Under the pieces are notes generated by a model. It had not been told where the DNA came from. It worked only from the letters and a program-made list of their open reading frames with translations, and searched no databases. This document shows positions 1 through 10,504 of a DNA stretch of 32,000 nt, piece after piece; position 1 is the first letter of the stretch; the number at the start of each line of letters is the position of its first letter. The stretch spans positions 480,001 to 512,000 of the forward strand of contig BX248583.1 in assembly GCA_000043285.1 (NCBI GenBank). The letters run 5' to 3'. This stretch comes from Candidatus Blochmanniella floridana (GTDB taxonomy: Bacteria > Pseudomonadota > Gammaproteobacteria > Enterobacterales > Enterobacteriaceae). The position numbers and the translations under genes were made by a program.

Positions 1-363
1 TCCCAAACATTGTTATGCCTTATGTACTGATTATGTACAATACAATTAAACTATAAATATTAATGTACATTATATAGATAATTATTGTTATTAAAATTAT
101 TCCATAAAAAATATTAATAATTATATTACCTTATCAATTTAATTCCATTGATATAAATATTCTATACTTTGTATGTACGTAACAAAATATTATCTAAACC
201 CAGTATATTACATATAATATATAAACTTTAAACTGTATACTACTACTTATTTAAGATAAAAAATCAAATATATTATTATTAAAATAATTTACATAAATTA
301 TATAATATAAAATTTTACAAAATACTAAAAAATTTGATATTATATACAATTACTTATATTTAA

Positions 364-1437
<1,074 letters not shown>

Positions 1438-1537
1438 TTTATATAATCTGTAAGATATTTAATCTATTGACTAAATAATTTCATACTTCATAAAATTAAT
1501 TATTATTCAAAATTTTACTTAAAATAAGTATTATCAA

Positions 1538-1579
1538 AAAATAATATTAAAAGCATTAAAATGCTTTTAATATTATTTT
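1538..1579 (+). terminator. Candidate intrinsic terminator hairpin about 100 nt downstream of the gapA stop
   Basis: Perfect inverted repeat: arms 1538-1557 (AAATAATATTAAAAGCATT-type) and 1560-1579, 20 bp each, spaced by AA. The 3' arm ends in ATTATTTT, followed by ATATTT. I paired it base by base by hand. Confidence 0.5.
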
Positions 1580-1717
1580 ATATTTATCCAAAAATTAAGT
1601 TTCATTACAAAATTAAAATTAATATCACATTCATCACATCCTCTTACATAAACGCTATAATTAAACAAAACTATAACCGAACCTATATTTAGTATTCATT
1701 ACCTGTAAAAAACTATT

Positions 1718-2242
1718 ATGTTACATATATTTTATATTTATTCTAAATCTAGAAAATTTTGGGCAATTTTAATATGTAGTTCTATAAGCTTAATCAGCAT
1801 AGCATTATTAAATCAATTTTTTTTTCTACTAAAACCTTGTATACTATGCATATATCAACGATGCAGCTTATTTGGTATAACAATTGCCGGATTAATAGCT
1901 CTAATTTCTCCTAAAACTACATTACTTAGATTATTTAGTATATTTATATGGCTATACAGTGCAATTAAAGGACTATATTTTTCTAACATACACATGCAAA
2001 CTACATTGCATCCATCATCATCTCTTACATGCGACTTATTTGTATCATTCCCAAACTGGTTACCATTAAATAAATGGTATCCTATTATATTTGATAGCAA
2101 AATAAGCAACTGCTATTCATACCCTCAATACCTTTTGTATCTAGAAATATCTCAATGGATGCTTTTATTTTTTCTTATCTATTTGATCATAGCAATCTTT
2201 ACTATTATTTCACAGTGTCATAATTTGTTCCAAAAGAAGTAA
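1718..2242 (+). CDS. dsbB: Disulfide bond formation protein B
   Basis: KPCILCIYQRC matches the DsbB first periplasmic-loop CxxC region (E. coli KPCVLCIYERC). A second Cys pair is present (LTCD and SNCY). The profile shows four hydrophobic segments and the length is 174 aa. Confidence 0.9.
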   Translation: MLHIFYIYSKSRKFWAILICSSISLISIALLNQFFFLLKPCILCIYQRCSLFGITIAGLIALISPKTTLLRLFSIFIWLYSAIKGLYFSNIHMQTTLHPSSSLTCDLFVSFPNWLPLNKWYPIIFDSKISNCYSYPQYLLYLEISQWMLLFFLIYLIIAIFTIISQCHNLFQKK

Positions 2243-2386
2243 ATTTTCTGTAATTTTAATTTAAATTTAATCTAATAATTCTCTCTAACTCTTTACTTAA
2301 ATTTTAATTTATATGATATGATACTAAAATAATTTAATTTATCTATACATACAACATTTATTATTCATAATAATATCAAAATTCAA

Positions 2387-3103
2387 ATGTTAGAATCAGT
2401 TTCTGTTGATTTACAAGGAAATAATTTTACGTTACTAGTAATACAAACACATACTACATGTACATCACAAATTCAATTAGAATTAACACAAAAAATAAAA
2501 AATTCTCCTTCTTTTTTTTCCAATAATACTCCTGTTGTTATCAATGTAGAAAATATTAATCATCATGATGATTGGTTTAATTTATATCAAACCATATCAA
2601 ATATTGGATTATTCATAATAGGAGTGTGTTGTTGCTACAATAAAAAATTAAAAAACATTATTACTCAAAGCGGATTACCTATTTTAACTAAAGGTAATAT
2701 AATTAAAAGCCATAAAAATACAATCAAAACTAACTATACAAAACCTACATTTGATGATAAAACTAATGCAATTTCAAAAACTCAAACAATACATACACCA
2801 ATACGCTCTGGTCAAAGAATTTATGCTCGTAATAGAGATTTAATTATTATTTCTAATGTTAGTTCTGGAGCAGAAGTAATCGCTGATGGTAATATACATA
2901 TTTACGGATCTGTAAGAGGAAGAGTATTAGCTGGAGCATCTGGATGCGAACAATCTCAAATTTTTTGTACTAAACTATCACCTGAACTTATCTCTATCGG
3001 GGGATATTATTGGTTAAATGATCAAATTCCACCGGAATTTCTAGGAAAATCAGCAAGATTTTATTTACAAAATCATACTCTTATTATTCAACACATTTCA
3101 TGA
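2387..3103 (+). CDS. minC: Septum site-determining protein MinC
   Basis: The C-terminal domain TPIRSGQRIYA...SSGAEVIADGNIHIYG..RGR.LAGASG...QIFCT...ELISI.G.YW matches E. coli MinC closely. The gene sits immediately upstream of minD and minE. Confidence 0.93.
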   Translation: MLESVSVDLQGNNFTLLVIQTHTTCTSQIQLELTQKIKNSPSFFSNNTPVVINVENINHHDDWFNLYQTISNIGLFIIGVCCCYNKKLKNIITQSGLPILTKGNIIKSHKNTIKTNYTKPTFDDKTNAISKTQTIHTPIRSGQRIYARNRDLIIISNVSSGAEVIADGNIHIYGSVRGRVLAGASGCEQSQIFCTKLSPELISIGGYYWLNDQIPPEFLGKSARFYLQNHTLIIQHIS

Positions 3104-3119
3104 TGCGGAACTTATGTAT

Positions 3120-3938
3120 ATGGCTCGTATAATAGTTATTACATCCGGAAAAGGAGGAGTAGGAAAAACAACATCAAGTGCATCTATAGCAACTGGATTA
3201 GCACAAAACGCAAAAAAAACTGTTGTTATCGATTTTGATATTGGATTACGCAATTTAGACTTAATTATGGGTTGTGAACGTAGAGTGGTTTACGATTTTA
3301 TTAATATTATCCAAGGTGAATCTACATTACATCAAACATTAATTAAAGATAAACATACTGATAATTTATATATTTTACCAGCATCTCAAACACGCGATAA
3401 AAGCTTTCTTACAAAAATTGGAGTAGAAAAAATATTAGATGATCTTATTAACAAAATGAACTTTGAATTTATAATATGTGATTCTCCTGCAGGAATAGAC
3501 GATGGAGCTTTAATGGCTTTATATTTTGCTGATGAAGCAATTATCACCACTAATCCAGAAGTATCTTCAGTTCATGATTCAGATCGTATTTTAGGAATCT
3601 TAGCATCCAAATCTAAACACTCTGAAAATGCAATACCAACAATGATTAAAGAATATTTATTACTTACTAGATACAATCCCAATCGCGTAACACAAGGAGA
3701 TATGTTAAGTATAGAAGATGTCGTTGAAGTATTAAGAATTCCTATATTAGGTGTAATACCAGAAGATTCATCGATTTTAAAAGCCTCTAATCAAGGAACT
3801 CCAATCATTTTAGATAAAAAATCTTTCGCTGGACAGGCTTATTCAGATACAGTAAATCGTTTACTAGGAAAAGACTGCCCATTTCGATTTATTAAAGAAC
3901 AAAAAAAAGGATTCTTGAAACGATTGTTCAAGAAATAA
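3120..3938 (+). CDS. minD: Septum site-determining ATPase MinD
   Basis: MARIIVITSGKGGVGKTT is the deviant Walker A motif. The match to E. coli MinD runs the full length, including the C-terminal amphipathic tail KKGFLKRLF. I chose the start at the third codon of the track ORF to match the canonical MARII N-terminus. Confidence 0.96.
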   Translation: MARIIVITSGKGGVGKTTSSASIATGLAQNAKKTVVIDFDIGLRNLDLIMGCERRVVYDFINIIQGESTLHQTLIKDKHTDNLYILPASQTRDKSFLTKIGVEKILDDLINKMNFEFIICDSPAGIDDGALMALYFADEAIITTNPEVSSVHDSDRILGILASKSKHSENAIPTMIKEYLLLTRYNPNRVTQGDMLSIEDVVEVLRIPILGVIPEDSSILKASNQGTPIILDKKSFAGQAYSDTVNRLLGKDCPFRFIKEQKKGFLKRLFKK

Positions 3939-3944
3939 TTAATA

Positions 3945-4247
3945 ATGGTTTTAACAAATTTTTTTCTGAGAAAAAAAACATCAACTACAGCATCTATTGC
4001 TAAAAAAAGATTGCATATTATCGTTACAGAACGAAAAATTGATAATACACCTGAACTAAATTATCTTCCAAAATTTAAAAAAGATCTATTACGAATAATT
4101 CATCAATATATTCATGAACCAAAAAAAATTTCAATACAATTACAAGAACAAGATAATAACGCATATATGTTACAGTTAACTATATCATTTCTTACAAAGA
4201 ATCAAGATTTAATTAACAGCAAAAAACAAGATAATACAACTGTGTAA
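3945..4247 (+). CDS. minE: Cell division topological specificity factor MinE
   Basis: FFLRKK...ASIAKKRLHIIVTER...YLP.....L..I..Y matches the E. coli MinE N-terminal half. It is third in the min operon. The C-terminus is extended and Asn/Lys-rich. Confidence 0.92.
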   Translation: MVLTNFFLRKKTSTTASIAKKRLHIIVTERKIDNTPELNYLPKFKKDLLRIIHQYIHEPKKISIQLQEQDNNAYMLQLTISFLTKNQDLINSKKQDNTTV

Positions 4248-4300
4248 TCTCTCATACTAATAAATTCAATATTCATTTCTACATAAAACACATCAAAAAT

Positions 4301-4963
4301 TCAATAAATAGGATCCACCTGATCAGGATTTAAGATTTTTTTATCATTCCAAGAATGTACTCCTAAAGGCAACATATCTTGAGCCTCAGGTAACATTATT
4401 TCCTTACATCGAATAAAAACATTTTTATTAACACAATATTTCAATTGTTGATTATTACTCCATCCTGTGCCAACACACATCCATTGACCTTTTAACTTTT
4501 CTACAGTTTTTTTTACTACAATCCCAGTGACAAGACAAGGAGCATTCTTACAAACCCAAAAATTATTACTCAAATCTCGTGAATAACAACCCCAATATAA
4601 TTTATCCATATAAGCGGCAGCGGTAGATATTACATGCCTTGCAGAAAATACGCGCCAAGCTTTTTGAGCTAATATTTGCAAAGAAGAAACAGATATCAGT
4701 GGTAAATCCGATCCTATAGACAAACCTTGAGCGACACTGATTCCAATTCTTACTCCAATAAAACTACCCGGACCTCGATCAAATACTATACAATCAATAG
4801 ACTTCAATGCAATGCCAACATCAACTAATAACTTATTAATCATAGGCAATATTTTTTCAGCATGACACCGTGGTGCAAAAATATTGCTATTATATATATT
4901 TTGGTCTATCATTAAAGCTACAGAACATAGTTCTGTAACCGTATTAAATGCTAAAACTCGCAC
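4301..4963 (-). CDS. tsaB: tRNA threonylcarbamoyladenosine (t6A) biosynthesis protein TsaB (YeaZ)
   Basis: The N-terminus MRVLAFNTVTELCSVAL matches E. coli MRILAIDTATEACSVAL. The motif RGPGSFIGVRIG is present. Length is about 220 aa. Confidence 0.9.
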   Translation of the reverse strand: MRVLAFNTVTELCSVALMIDQNIYNSNIFAPRCHAEKILPMINKLLVDVGIALKSIDCIVFDRGPGSFIGVRIGISVAQGLSIGSDLPLISVSSLQILAQKAWRVFSARHVISTAAAYMDKLYWGCYSRDLSNNFWVCKNAPCLVTGIVVKKTVEKLKGQWMCVGTGWSNNQQLKYCVNKNVFIRCKEIMLPEAQDMLPLGVHSWNDKKILNPDQVDPIY

Positions 4964-5125
4964 AGTATAATATACAACGATTTAAATTTAAACTTTATAT
5001 AATGCAATTATTAATAAAATCTATATTACAATTTATAATAAGTATTATATTACATATAATGATATTAGTAACCACCAATCATATGGTATATTATTATCAA
5101 AATTATTTATTCAGGTATTTATATT

Positions 5126-6511
5126 ATGACTGCAAATCTTATAGAATTTCCTTATCATCCTCATTCTTCATTAAAACTTTTTAAATCTCTATCTTCTAAT
5201 CCATGGTCTATATTATTATATTCCGGTTATGATAATAAACATCCAGATAGTCGTTTTGATATATTAGTAACTAATCCGAGTTTAACACTAACTACATATG
5301 ATAAAATCACTACCATTTCATACAATAACAAAAATAAAACTAGCAATCAAGATCCTTTTTTATTATTAAAAAAATATACACAAATCTACCAATTAAAAAC
5401 AGATCACAATTATCCTATCCCATTCCAAGGAGGATTCATAGGTGTGTTTGGATACGATTTAGTAAGAAATATCGAATTAATACCAACCCTCGCCCAAAAA
5501 GACATTCATTTACCAGATATGGCAATAGGTTTTTATAAATGGGCTATCATTTCTGACCACAAGACTCTAAAAAATTATTTAGTTACACATAACGATCCTA
5601 AACCAATTTTAAATTGGATTCATCAACAATATGCATATAATGATAAACATATGCAATCATTTCAACTATTAAATGCATGGCAAAGTAATATTACAATAAA
5701 TGAGTACTCAAAAAAATTTAAAATCATTAAAAAACATTTAAAAATGGGTAATTGTTATCAAATATGCCTATCTCAACGTTTTAAAGCTCCATACATAGGG
5801 CATGAATGGACAGCTTTTCGTTATTTATTAAATTACAATACAGCTCCTTTTTCTGCATTTATTAGATTACCAAATTATTCAAGTATATTAAGTTTTTCTC
5901 CAGAACGTTTCATAAAATTAAAAAATTCAAACATTATTACCCAGCCAATCAAAGGCACATTAGTGAAATTAAAAAATACCAAAGAAGATCAAAAACAAAA
6001 ACAAAAATTATCGCAATCTAGCAAGGACCAATCAGAAAACCTCATGATAGTTGACTTATTAAGAAATGATATTGGAAAAGTAGCCATTCCAGGTAGTATT
6101 CAAGTTACTCGATTATTTGAAATCCAATCATTTTCTCAAGTACATCATATGGTTAGTACAATTATTGGAAAACTTGATAATAAATTTTCAGCTATAGATT
6201 TACTAAAAGCATGTTTTCCAGGAGGATCCATTACAGGAGCTCCAAAAATCCAAGCTATGAAATTAATCGAAACACTTGAACCACATCGTAGAAGTGTATG
6301 GTCCGGTAGCATAGGATATTTAAGTTGCTGTGGCAATATGGATACTAATATCAGTATTAGAACTTTATTAACTAATAAATACAATCTTTTTTGTACTGTT
6401 GGCAGCGGAATTATATTTGAAAGCAAACAAGATCTCGAATATCAGGAAATGCAAGATAAAATCTCTACTCTGTTAACACCATTATCACAATATAACCATA
6501 AAAAATCTTAG
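5126..6511 (+). CDS. pabB: Aminodeoxychorismate synthase component I
   Basis: SNPWSILLYSGYDNKHPDSRFDILV matches the PabB N-terminus. Chorismate-binding family motifs SPERF, PIKGT (catalytic Lys context), ENLMIVDLLRND and PGGSITGAPK are all present. Confidence 0.9.
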   Translation: MTANLIEFPYHPHSSLKLFKSLSSNPWSILLYSGYDNKHPDSRFDILVTNPSLTLTTYDKITTISYNNKNKTSNQDPFLLLKKYTQIYQLKTDHNYPIPFQGGFIGVFGYDLVRNIELIPTLAQKDIHLPDMAIGFYKWAIISDHKTLKNYLVTHNDPKPILNWIHQQYAYNDKHMQSFQLLNAWQSNITINEYSKKFKIIKKHLKMGNCYQICLSQRFKAPYIGHEWTAFRYLLNYNTAPFSAFIRLPNYSSILSFSPERFIKLKNSNIITQPIKGTLVKLKNTKEDQKQKQKLSQSSKDQSENLMIVDLLRNDIGKVAIPGSIQVTRLFEIQSFSQVHHMVSTIIGKLDNKFSAIDLLKACFPGGSITGAPKIQAMKLIETLEPHRRSVWSGSIGYLSCCGNMDTNISIRTLLTNKYNLFCTVGSGIIFESKQDLEYQEMQDKISTLLTPLSQYNHKKS

Positions 6512-6574
6512 AAAAAATATATATATTATATATATCCAATATCATTATTAATAAATTAATTCAAAATTTCATAA

Positions 6575-8134
6575 TTAATTAAATGTATTATCTATATTAT
6601 GTAACTGTTCTACCTCTACTAATTCGATACGATATTCTATCATCTTTTTTATTATAAAACGCCATTCATTAATTATTAATATATCTCCTTCCTTCGGTAT
6701 TCGATCGCATCTGGATAACAATAAACCTGCTACAGAAGCAACATGATCACATATTTCTGCCAAATTATGCGTACATAACGCCCGCTGTAATGCATGTAAA
6801 TCTGTACTACCTTTTACTAACCAACTTCTATCACTAATCAATTTAATTTCTGGAGTTTCATCTTCATCAGGGAATTCACCTGCTATCGCTTCTAATATAT
6901 CTAATGGCGTAATTAAACCTTGAATTACTCCAAATTCATTAGATACTATCACCATACTACCTTTTGCACGCCTTAATTCAGTTAATAAATTTAATACATT
7001 TAATGTTTCTGGAACTACAATAGGTAAATTTTCAGAGGCATATGTTTCAACAGGTTTTCCTTGTGCAACAGATACCATTAAATCTTTAGCTCGAACAATA
7101 CCTATTAATTGATCTAACTCTCCATTACATACAGGAAACATATTATGAGGAGTATTGGTTAATATAGAATACAATTCTCGTATTGATTTTTGAGAATTTA
7201 ACCATGTAATTTCATTACGTGGTGTCATAATACTACGCAATGAACGAGAAGCTAAAGATAATACTCCAGTAATCATATGACGTTCTTCTTCGGCAAAATG
7301 TGTTTTTAATGGAAAAATTAAAGCTTTTTTTGACACAGGATTCCACTTTATTGATGAACCTCCTCCCATTAATTTCATAATTATTTCTGCAGTACGTTCA
7401 CGCATAGATGTAGTTGATTGATTTTTTATAGAATTACAATAAGCAATTTGATTAAAGAACTCAATCAAAATAGAAAATCCAATAGCAACATATAAATAAC
7501 CTTTTGGAATATAAAAACCCATTCCTTCCGCCATTAAACTTAATCCAATAATTAGTAAAAAACTTAAACATAACACTACAACAGTTTGGTGACTATTTAC
7601 AAAATTAATCAATAACTTCGATGCTAATAACATTATAACAACCGCAATTACTACTGAAATAATCATCACTGATAAATAATCAACCGTACCAACTGCCGTA
7701 ATTACTGCATCAATAGAAAAAATTGCATCTAATACTACAATTTGTATTACCACAACCCAAAAACTCGCATATTCTCGGTTAAGATTACGATTATGCACTT
7801 TATACTCTAATTGTCGATGCAATTCAGTAGTTGCTTTAAATAATAAAAAAATACCTCCAAACAATAAAATTAAATCACGAATAGAAAACGAAAAAGAAAC
7901 TATTTTAAATAATGGTTTTGTTAGTGTAGTAATCCATGAAACTAAAGACAACAATATTATACGCATAATTAAGGCTAAAGTTAATCCAATTATACATACA
8001 TGCTCACGTTGATTTTTTGGTAATTTATCTACTAAAATAGCTATAAATACTAAATTATCAACACTAAGTATGACCTCCAGTACAACTAAAGTAAATAATC
8101 CTGCCCATACTGATATATCTGTTAAAAATTCCAT
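6575..8134 (-). CDS. yoaE: TerC-family integral membrane protein with CBS pair and CorC/HlyC-type C-terminal domain (UPF0053, YoaE-like)
   Basis: The N-terminal half is polytopic and hydrophobic. The C-terminal half has a CBS-pair-like region (IMTPRNEI...[18 protein letters not shown]...) and a transporter-associated tail. Length is 519 aa. It lies directly upstream of and divergent from manX, as yoaE does in E. coli. Confidence 0.85.
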   Translation of the reverse strand: MEFLTDISVWAGLFTLVVLEVILSVDNLVFIAILVDKLPKNQREHVCIIGLTLALIMRIILLSLVSWITTLTKPLFKIVSFSFSIRDLILLFGGIFLLFKATTELHRQLEYKVHNRNLNREYASFWVVVIQIVVLDAIFSIDAVITAVGTVDYLSVMIISVVIAVVIMLLASKLLINFVNSHQTVVVLCLSFLLIIGLSLMAEGMGFYIPKGYLYVAIGFSILIEFFNQIAYCNSIKNQSTTSMRERTAEIIMKLMGGGSSIKWNPVSKKALIFPLKTHFAEEERHMITGVLSLASRSLRSIMTPRNEITWLNSQKSIRELYSILTNTPHNMFPVCNGELDQLIGIVRAKDLMVSVAQGKPVETYASENLPIVVPETLNVLNLLTELRRAKGSMVIVSNEFGVIQGLITPLDILEAIAGEFPDEDETPEIKLISDRSWLVKGSTDLHALQRALCTHNLAEICDHVASVAGLLLSRCDRIPKEGDILIINEWRFIIKKMIEYRIELVEVEQLHNIDNTFN

Positions 8135-8571
8135 AATAATTTTTATATTATCATACCGTATGACAAATTATTTCGTGACACATCTATATAGAAATAAATA
8201 TATTGAGAAAAATCAACGTTATAATAAAGTATTAATACACATTGATATGTTATCATCATCTATAATAATATCATGATATTGAAAATAAAAAACACACATT
8301 CATATAACATGTATAATCTATAAAATTACAAATAATATTTTTTAAACTAATAATATTAATTTAATACCATACAATATATATTATAATACACAATGACAAA
8401 TATAAGCATATGTGCAATATTGTATATCATTATCATAGAAAAAATAGTATAATGGTTTTATCTGATATGTAAAACACTTATAAATGACAATATATACCAT
8501 CAGTATAGTGATATTATAATGAAACTATACAATAATCATATTTAATATTACAAAAAAAGAGGAAAAATATA

Positions 8572-9561
8572 GTGACTATTGCCGTTATACTAAGCGCTCA
8601 TGGAACAGTATCTGAACAATTACTATATACTACAGAAATGATTATAGGAAAACAAACAAATGTAGCATATGTTAATCTACTTCCTACAGAAAATACTGAT
8701 ACTTTAGTTAAAAAATATACTACTCAATTATCAAAATTAAACACAGATTCTGGTGTATTGTTTTTAGTAGATACTTGGGGAGGAACACCGTTCAATGCAG
8801 CTCAAACAATAATATTAAATCAAAAAAAATATGATATCATTACCGGTGTAAATGTTCCTATGGTAATTGAAATATTTATAGAACGTAATAGTATTAGCAC
8901 AATAACAGAATTAGCTCATATTGCTCTTAAATCTGGATCTGAAAGTATAAAATCAGTAAATAACCCATTAAACATTTTTGATGATACAATTCATCCAAAA
9001 AAATCTAGCCAAAATATATCAATAAATGACAATAATAACACTATGATATTTAACAATAACCCTAATAACCGATCACATATGACTATCTGTGTAGCTCGTA
9101 TCGACGACAGATTAATTCATGGACAAGTTGTCACTCGTTGGGCTAGAGAATATAAAATTAATAGAATTATCGTAATAAATGACGATATTGCTAAAGATAC
9201 AATACGAAAAAACTTACTTACTCAAGCCACACCTCCCGGAATTACAGCACATGTAATCAATATCGATAAAGCTATACGAGTATTTAATAACATTAAATAT
9301 GCTAAAGATACAGTAATAATGTTATTTACTAATCCTACAGATGTGGTTCGTTTAATTGAAGGAGGTATTCCAATTCCATCCATAAATATTGGAGGAATGT
9401 CTTTTAGTCCTGGAAAAAAACAAATTAACAATGCTATATCGATCAATGATACTGATATTGCAGCTTTCAGAAAACTAAACCAACTTGGAATTGAATTAGA
9501 AATACGTAAAGTACCATCAGATTCTCCTATTAATTTAATGAAATTAATAGAAAATATATAG
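8572..9561 (+). CDS. manX: Mannose-family PTS enzyme IIAB component
   Basis: GTG start at 8572, preceded by AAGAGGAAAA. MTIAVILSAHG..SEQLL.T.EM..G matches the E. coli ManX N-terminus and contains the IIA phospho-His. RIDDRLIHGQV contains the IIB phospho-His. Both domains are present, joined by an Asn-rich linker. Confidence 0.95.
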   Translation: MTIAVILSAHGTVSEQLLYTTEMIIGKQTNVAYVNLLPTENTDTLVKKYTTQLSKLNTDSGVLFLVDTWGGTPFNAAQTIILNQKKYDIITGVNVPMVIEIFIERNSISTITELAHIALKSGSESIKSVNNPLNIFDDTIHPKKSSQNISINDNNNTMIFNNNPNNRSHMTICVARIDDRLIHGQVVTRWAREYKINRIIVINDDIAKDTIRKNLLTQATPPGITAHVINIDKAIRVFNNIKYAKDTVIMLFTNPTDVVRLIEGGIPIPSINIGGMSFSPGKKQINNAISINDTDIAAFRKLNQLGIELEIRKVPSDSPINLMKLIENI

Positions 9562-9590
9562 TAAATTTAAAAAATTAATGAAATTTTGTT

Positions 9591-9611
9591 AACAAATAAC
9601 AAATAACAAAT
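9591..9611. repeat. Three perfect tandem copies of the heptamer AACAAAT in the manX-manY spacer
   Basis: Read directly: AACAAAT at 9591-9597, 9598-9604 and 9605-9611. Confidence 0.9.
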
Positions 9612-9676
9612 ATTATAATACCCTAAATTATTAATACTAATAATAATTTGATTTTATTTCTATATAAGGAAACTCT

Positions 9677-10492
9677 ATGGAAATTAATACACTGCAAATT
9701 ATCTCATTATTTGTTGTATCTTGTATTGTTGGTATGGCTTCAATACTTGATGAATTTCAATGCCATAGACCATTAATAGCATGTACTATGATAGGTTTAA
9801 TTTTAGGAGATATAAAAACAGGAATTATTATTGGAGGTACTTTAGAAATGATAGCATTAGGATGGATGAATATCGGAGCTGCGGTAGCTCCAGACGCCGC
9901 ATTAGCATCTATTATTGCTACTATTTTAGTAATTGCCGGAAAACAACCTATAGGAGCAGGAATTGCTTTAGCTATTCCATTAGCAGCGACAGGTCAAGTA
10001 TTAACGATTATTGTTCGTACTATCACTGTTGCATTTCAACATCTTGCAGACACCGTAGCAGAACGTTGTAATCTAACAGCTTTAAGCTTAATACATATAG
10101 CAGCACTTATATTACAAGCTATGAGAGTTGCAATACCCTCAACTATTGTTGGAATTTCTGTTGGAACTGAAATAATACACCAATCATTAAATTCTATTCC
10201 TGAAATCATAACCAACGGTTTAAATATTGCTGGAGGTATGATTGTTGTTGTAGGATACGCTATGGTTATAAATATGATGCGTGCGGGATATTTAATGCCA
10301 TTTTTTTATTTAGGATTTGTCATTACAGCTTTTACAAACTTTAATTTAGTAGCATTAGGAATAATTGGTATAGTCATGGCTATCCTATATATTCAATTAT
10401 CACCAAAATATCATTTGCCTATCAAACAAGAAAATGATTGCTCCCATTCTAACCTTAGTTCTAATACAAAATTAGATAATGAATTAGATTAA
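9677..10492 (+). CDS. manY: Mannose-family PTS enzyme IIC component
   Basis: Long stretches are near-identical to E. coli ManY (GIIIGGTLEMIALGWMNIGAAVAPDAALASII, GAGIALAIPLAA.GQVLTIIVRTITVAFQH, NGLNIAGGMIVVVGYAMVINMMRAGYLMPFFYLGFV, YIQLSPKY, C-terminal LDNELD). AAGGAAA lies 5 nt upstream of the ATG. Confidence 0.97.
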   Translation: MEINTLQIISLFVVSCIVGMASILDEFQCHRPLIACTMIGLILGDIKTGIIIGGTLEMIALGWMNIGAAVAPDAALASIIATILVIAGKQPIGAGIALAIPLAATGQVLTIIVRTITVAFQHLADTVAERCNLTALSLIHIAALILQAMRVAIPSTIVGISVGTEIIHQSLNSIPEIITNGLNIAGGMIVVVGYAMVINMMRAGYLMPFFYLGFVITAFTNFNLVALGIIGIVMAILYIQLSPKYHLPIKQENDCSHSNLSSNTKLDNELD

Positions 10493-10504
10493 TAGGTAAT
10501 TACA

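Noticed and set aside
1-50. Possible gene end on the plus strand, or a gene start on the minus strand (ATG at 10-8 followed by TTT GGG), at the window edge
   Set aside because: Only a few codons are visible, with no recognisable motif, so no call can be made.
1855-2109. 84-aa ORF antisense to dsbB
   Set aside because: It lies entirely inside the well-supported dsbB gene and shows no recognisable motif.
4948-5184. 78-aa ORF in the tsaB-pabB divergent spacer, overlapping both gene starts
   Set aside because: It is low-complexity and Ile/Leu/Tyr-rich, overlaps the 5' ends of two supported genes and has no Shine-Dalgarno element. This is a typical AT-rich artefact.
6145-6426. 93-aa ORF antisense to pabB
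   Set aside because: It lies inside pabB across the conserved PGGSITGAPK region. It is an antisense shadow ORF.
8070-8276. 68-aa ORF overlapping the yoaE start
   Set aside because: It overlaps the yoaE 5' end on the opposite strand and has no recognisable features.
8135-8571. Possible CRP or Mlc operator sites upstream of manX
   Set aside because: I found no convincing TGTGA-N6-TCACA match or other operator consensus. Only partial half-sites are present, as expected by chance, and such regulators are often absent from reduced genomes.
9222-9446. 74-aa ORF antisense to manX
   Set aside because: It lies inside the conserved IIB domain of manX. It is a shadow ORF.
9781-10071. 96-aa Arg/Tyr/Ser-rich ORF in an alternative frame of manY, on the same strand
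   Set aside because: manY is almost identical to E. coli ManY in its own frame. The alternative frame stays open only because this segment is G+C-richer, and the product is compositionally implausible.
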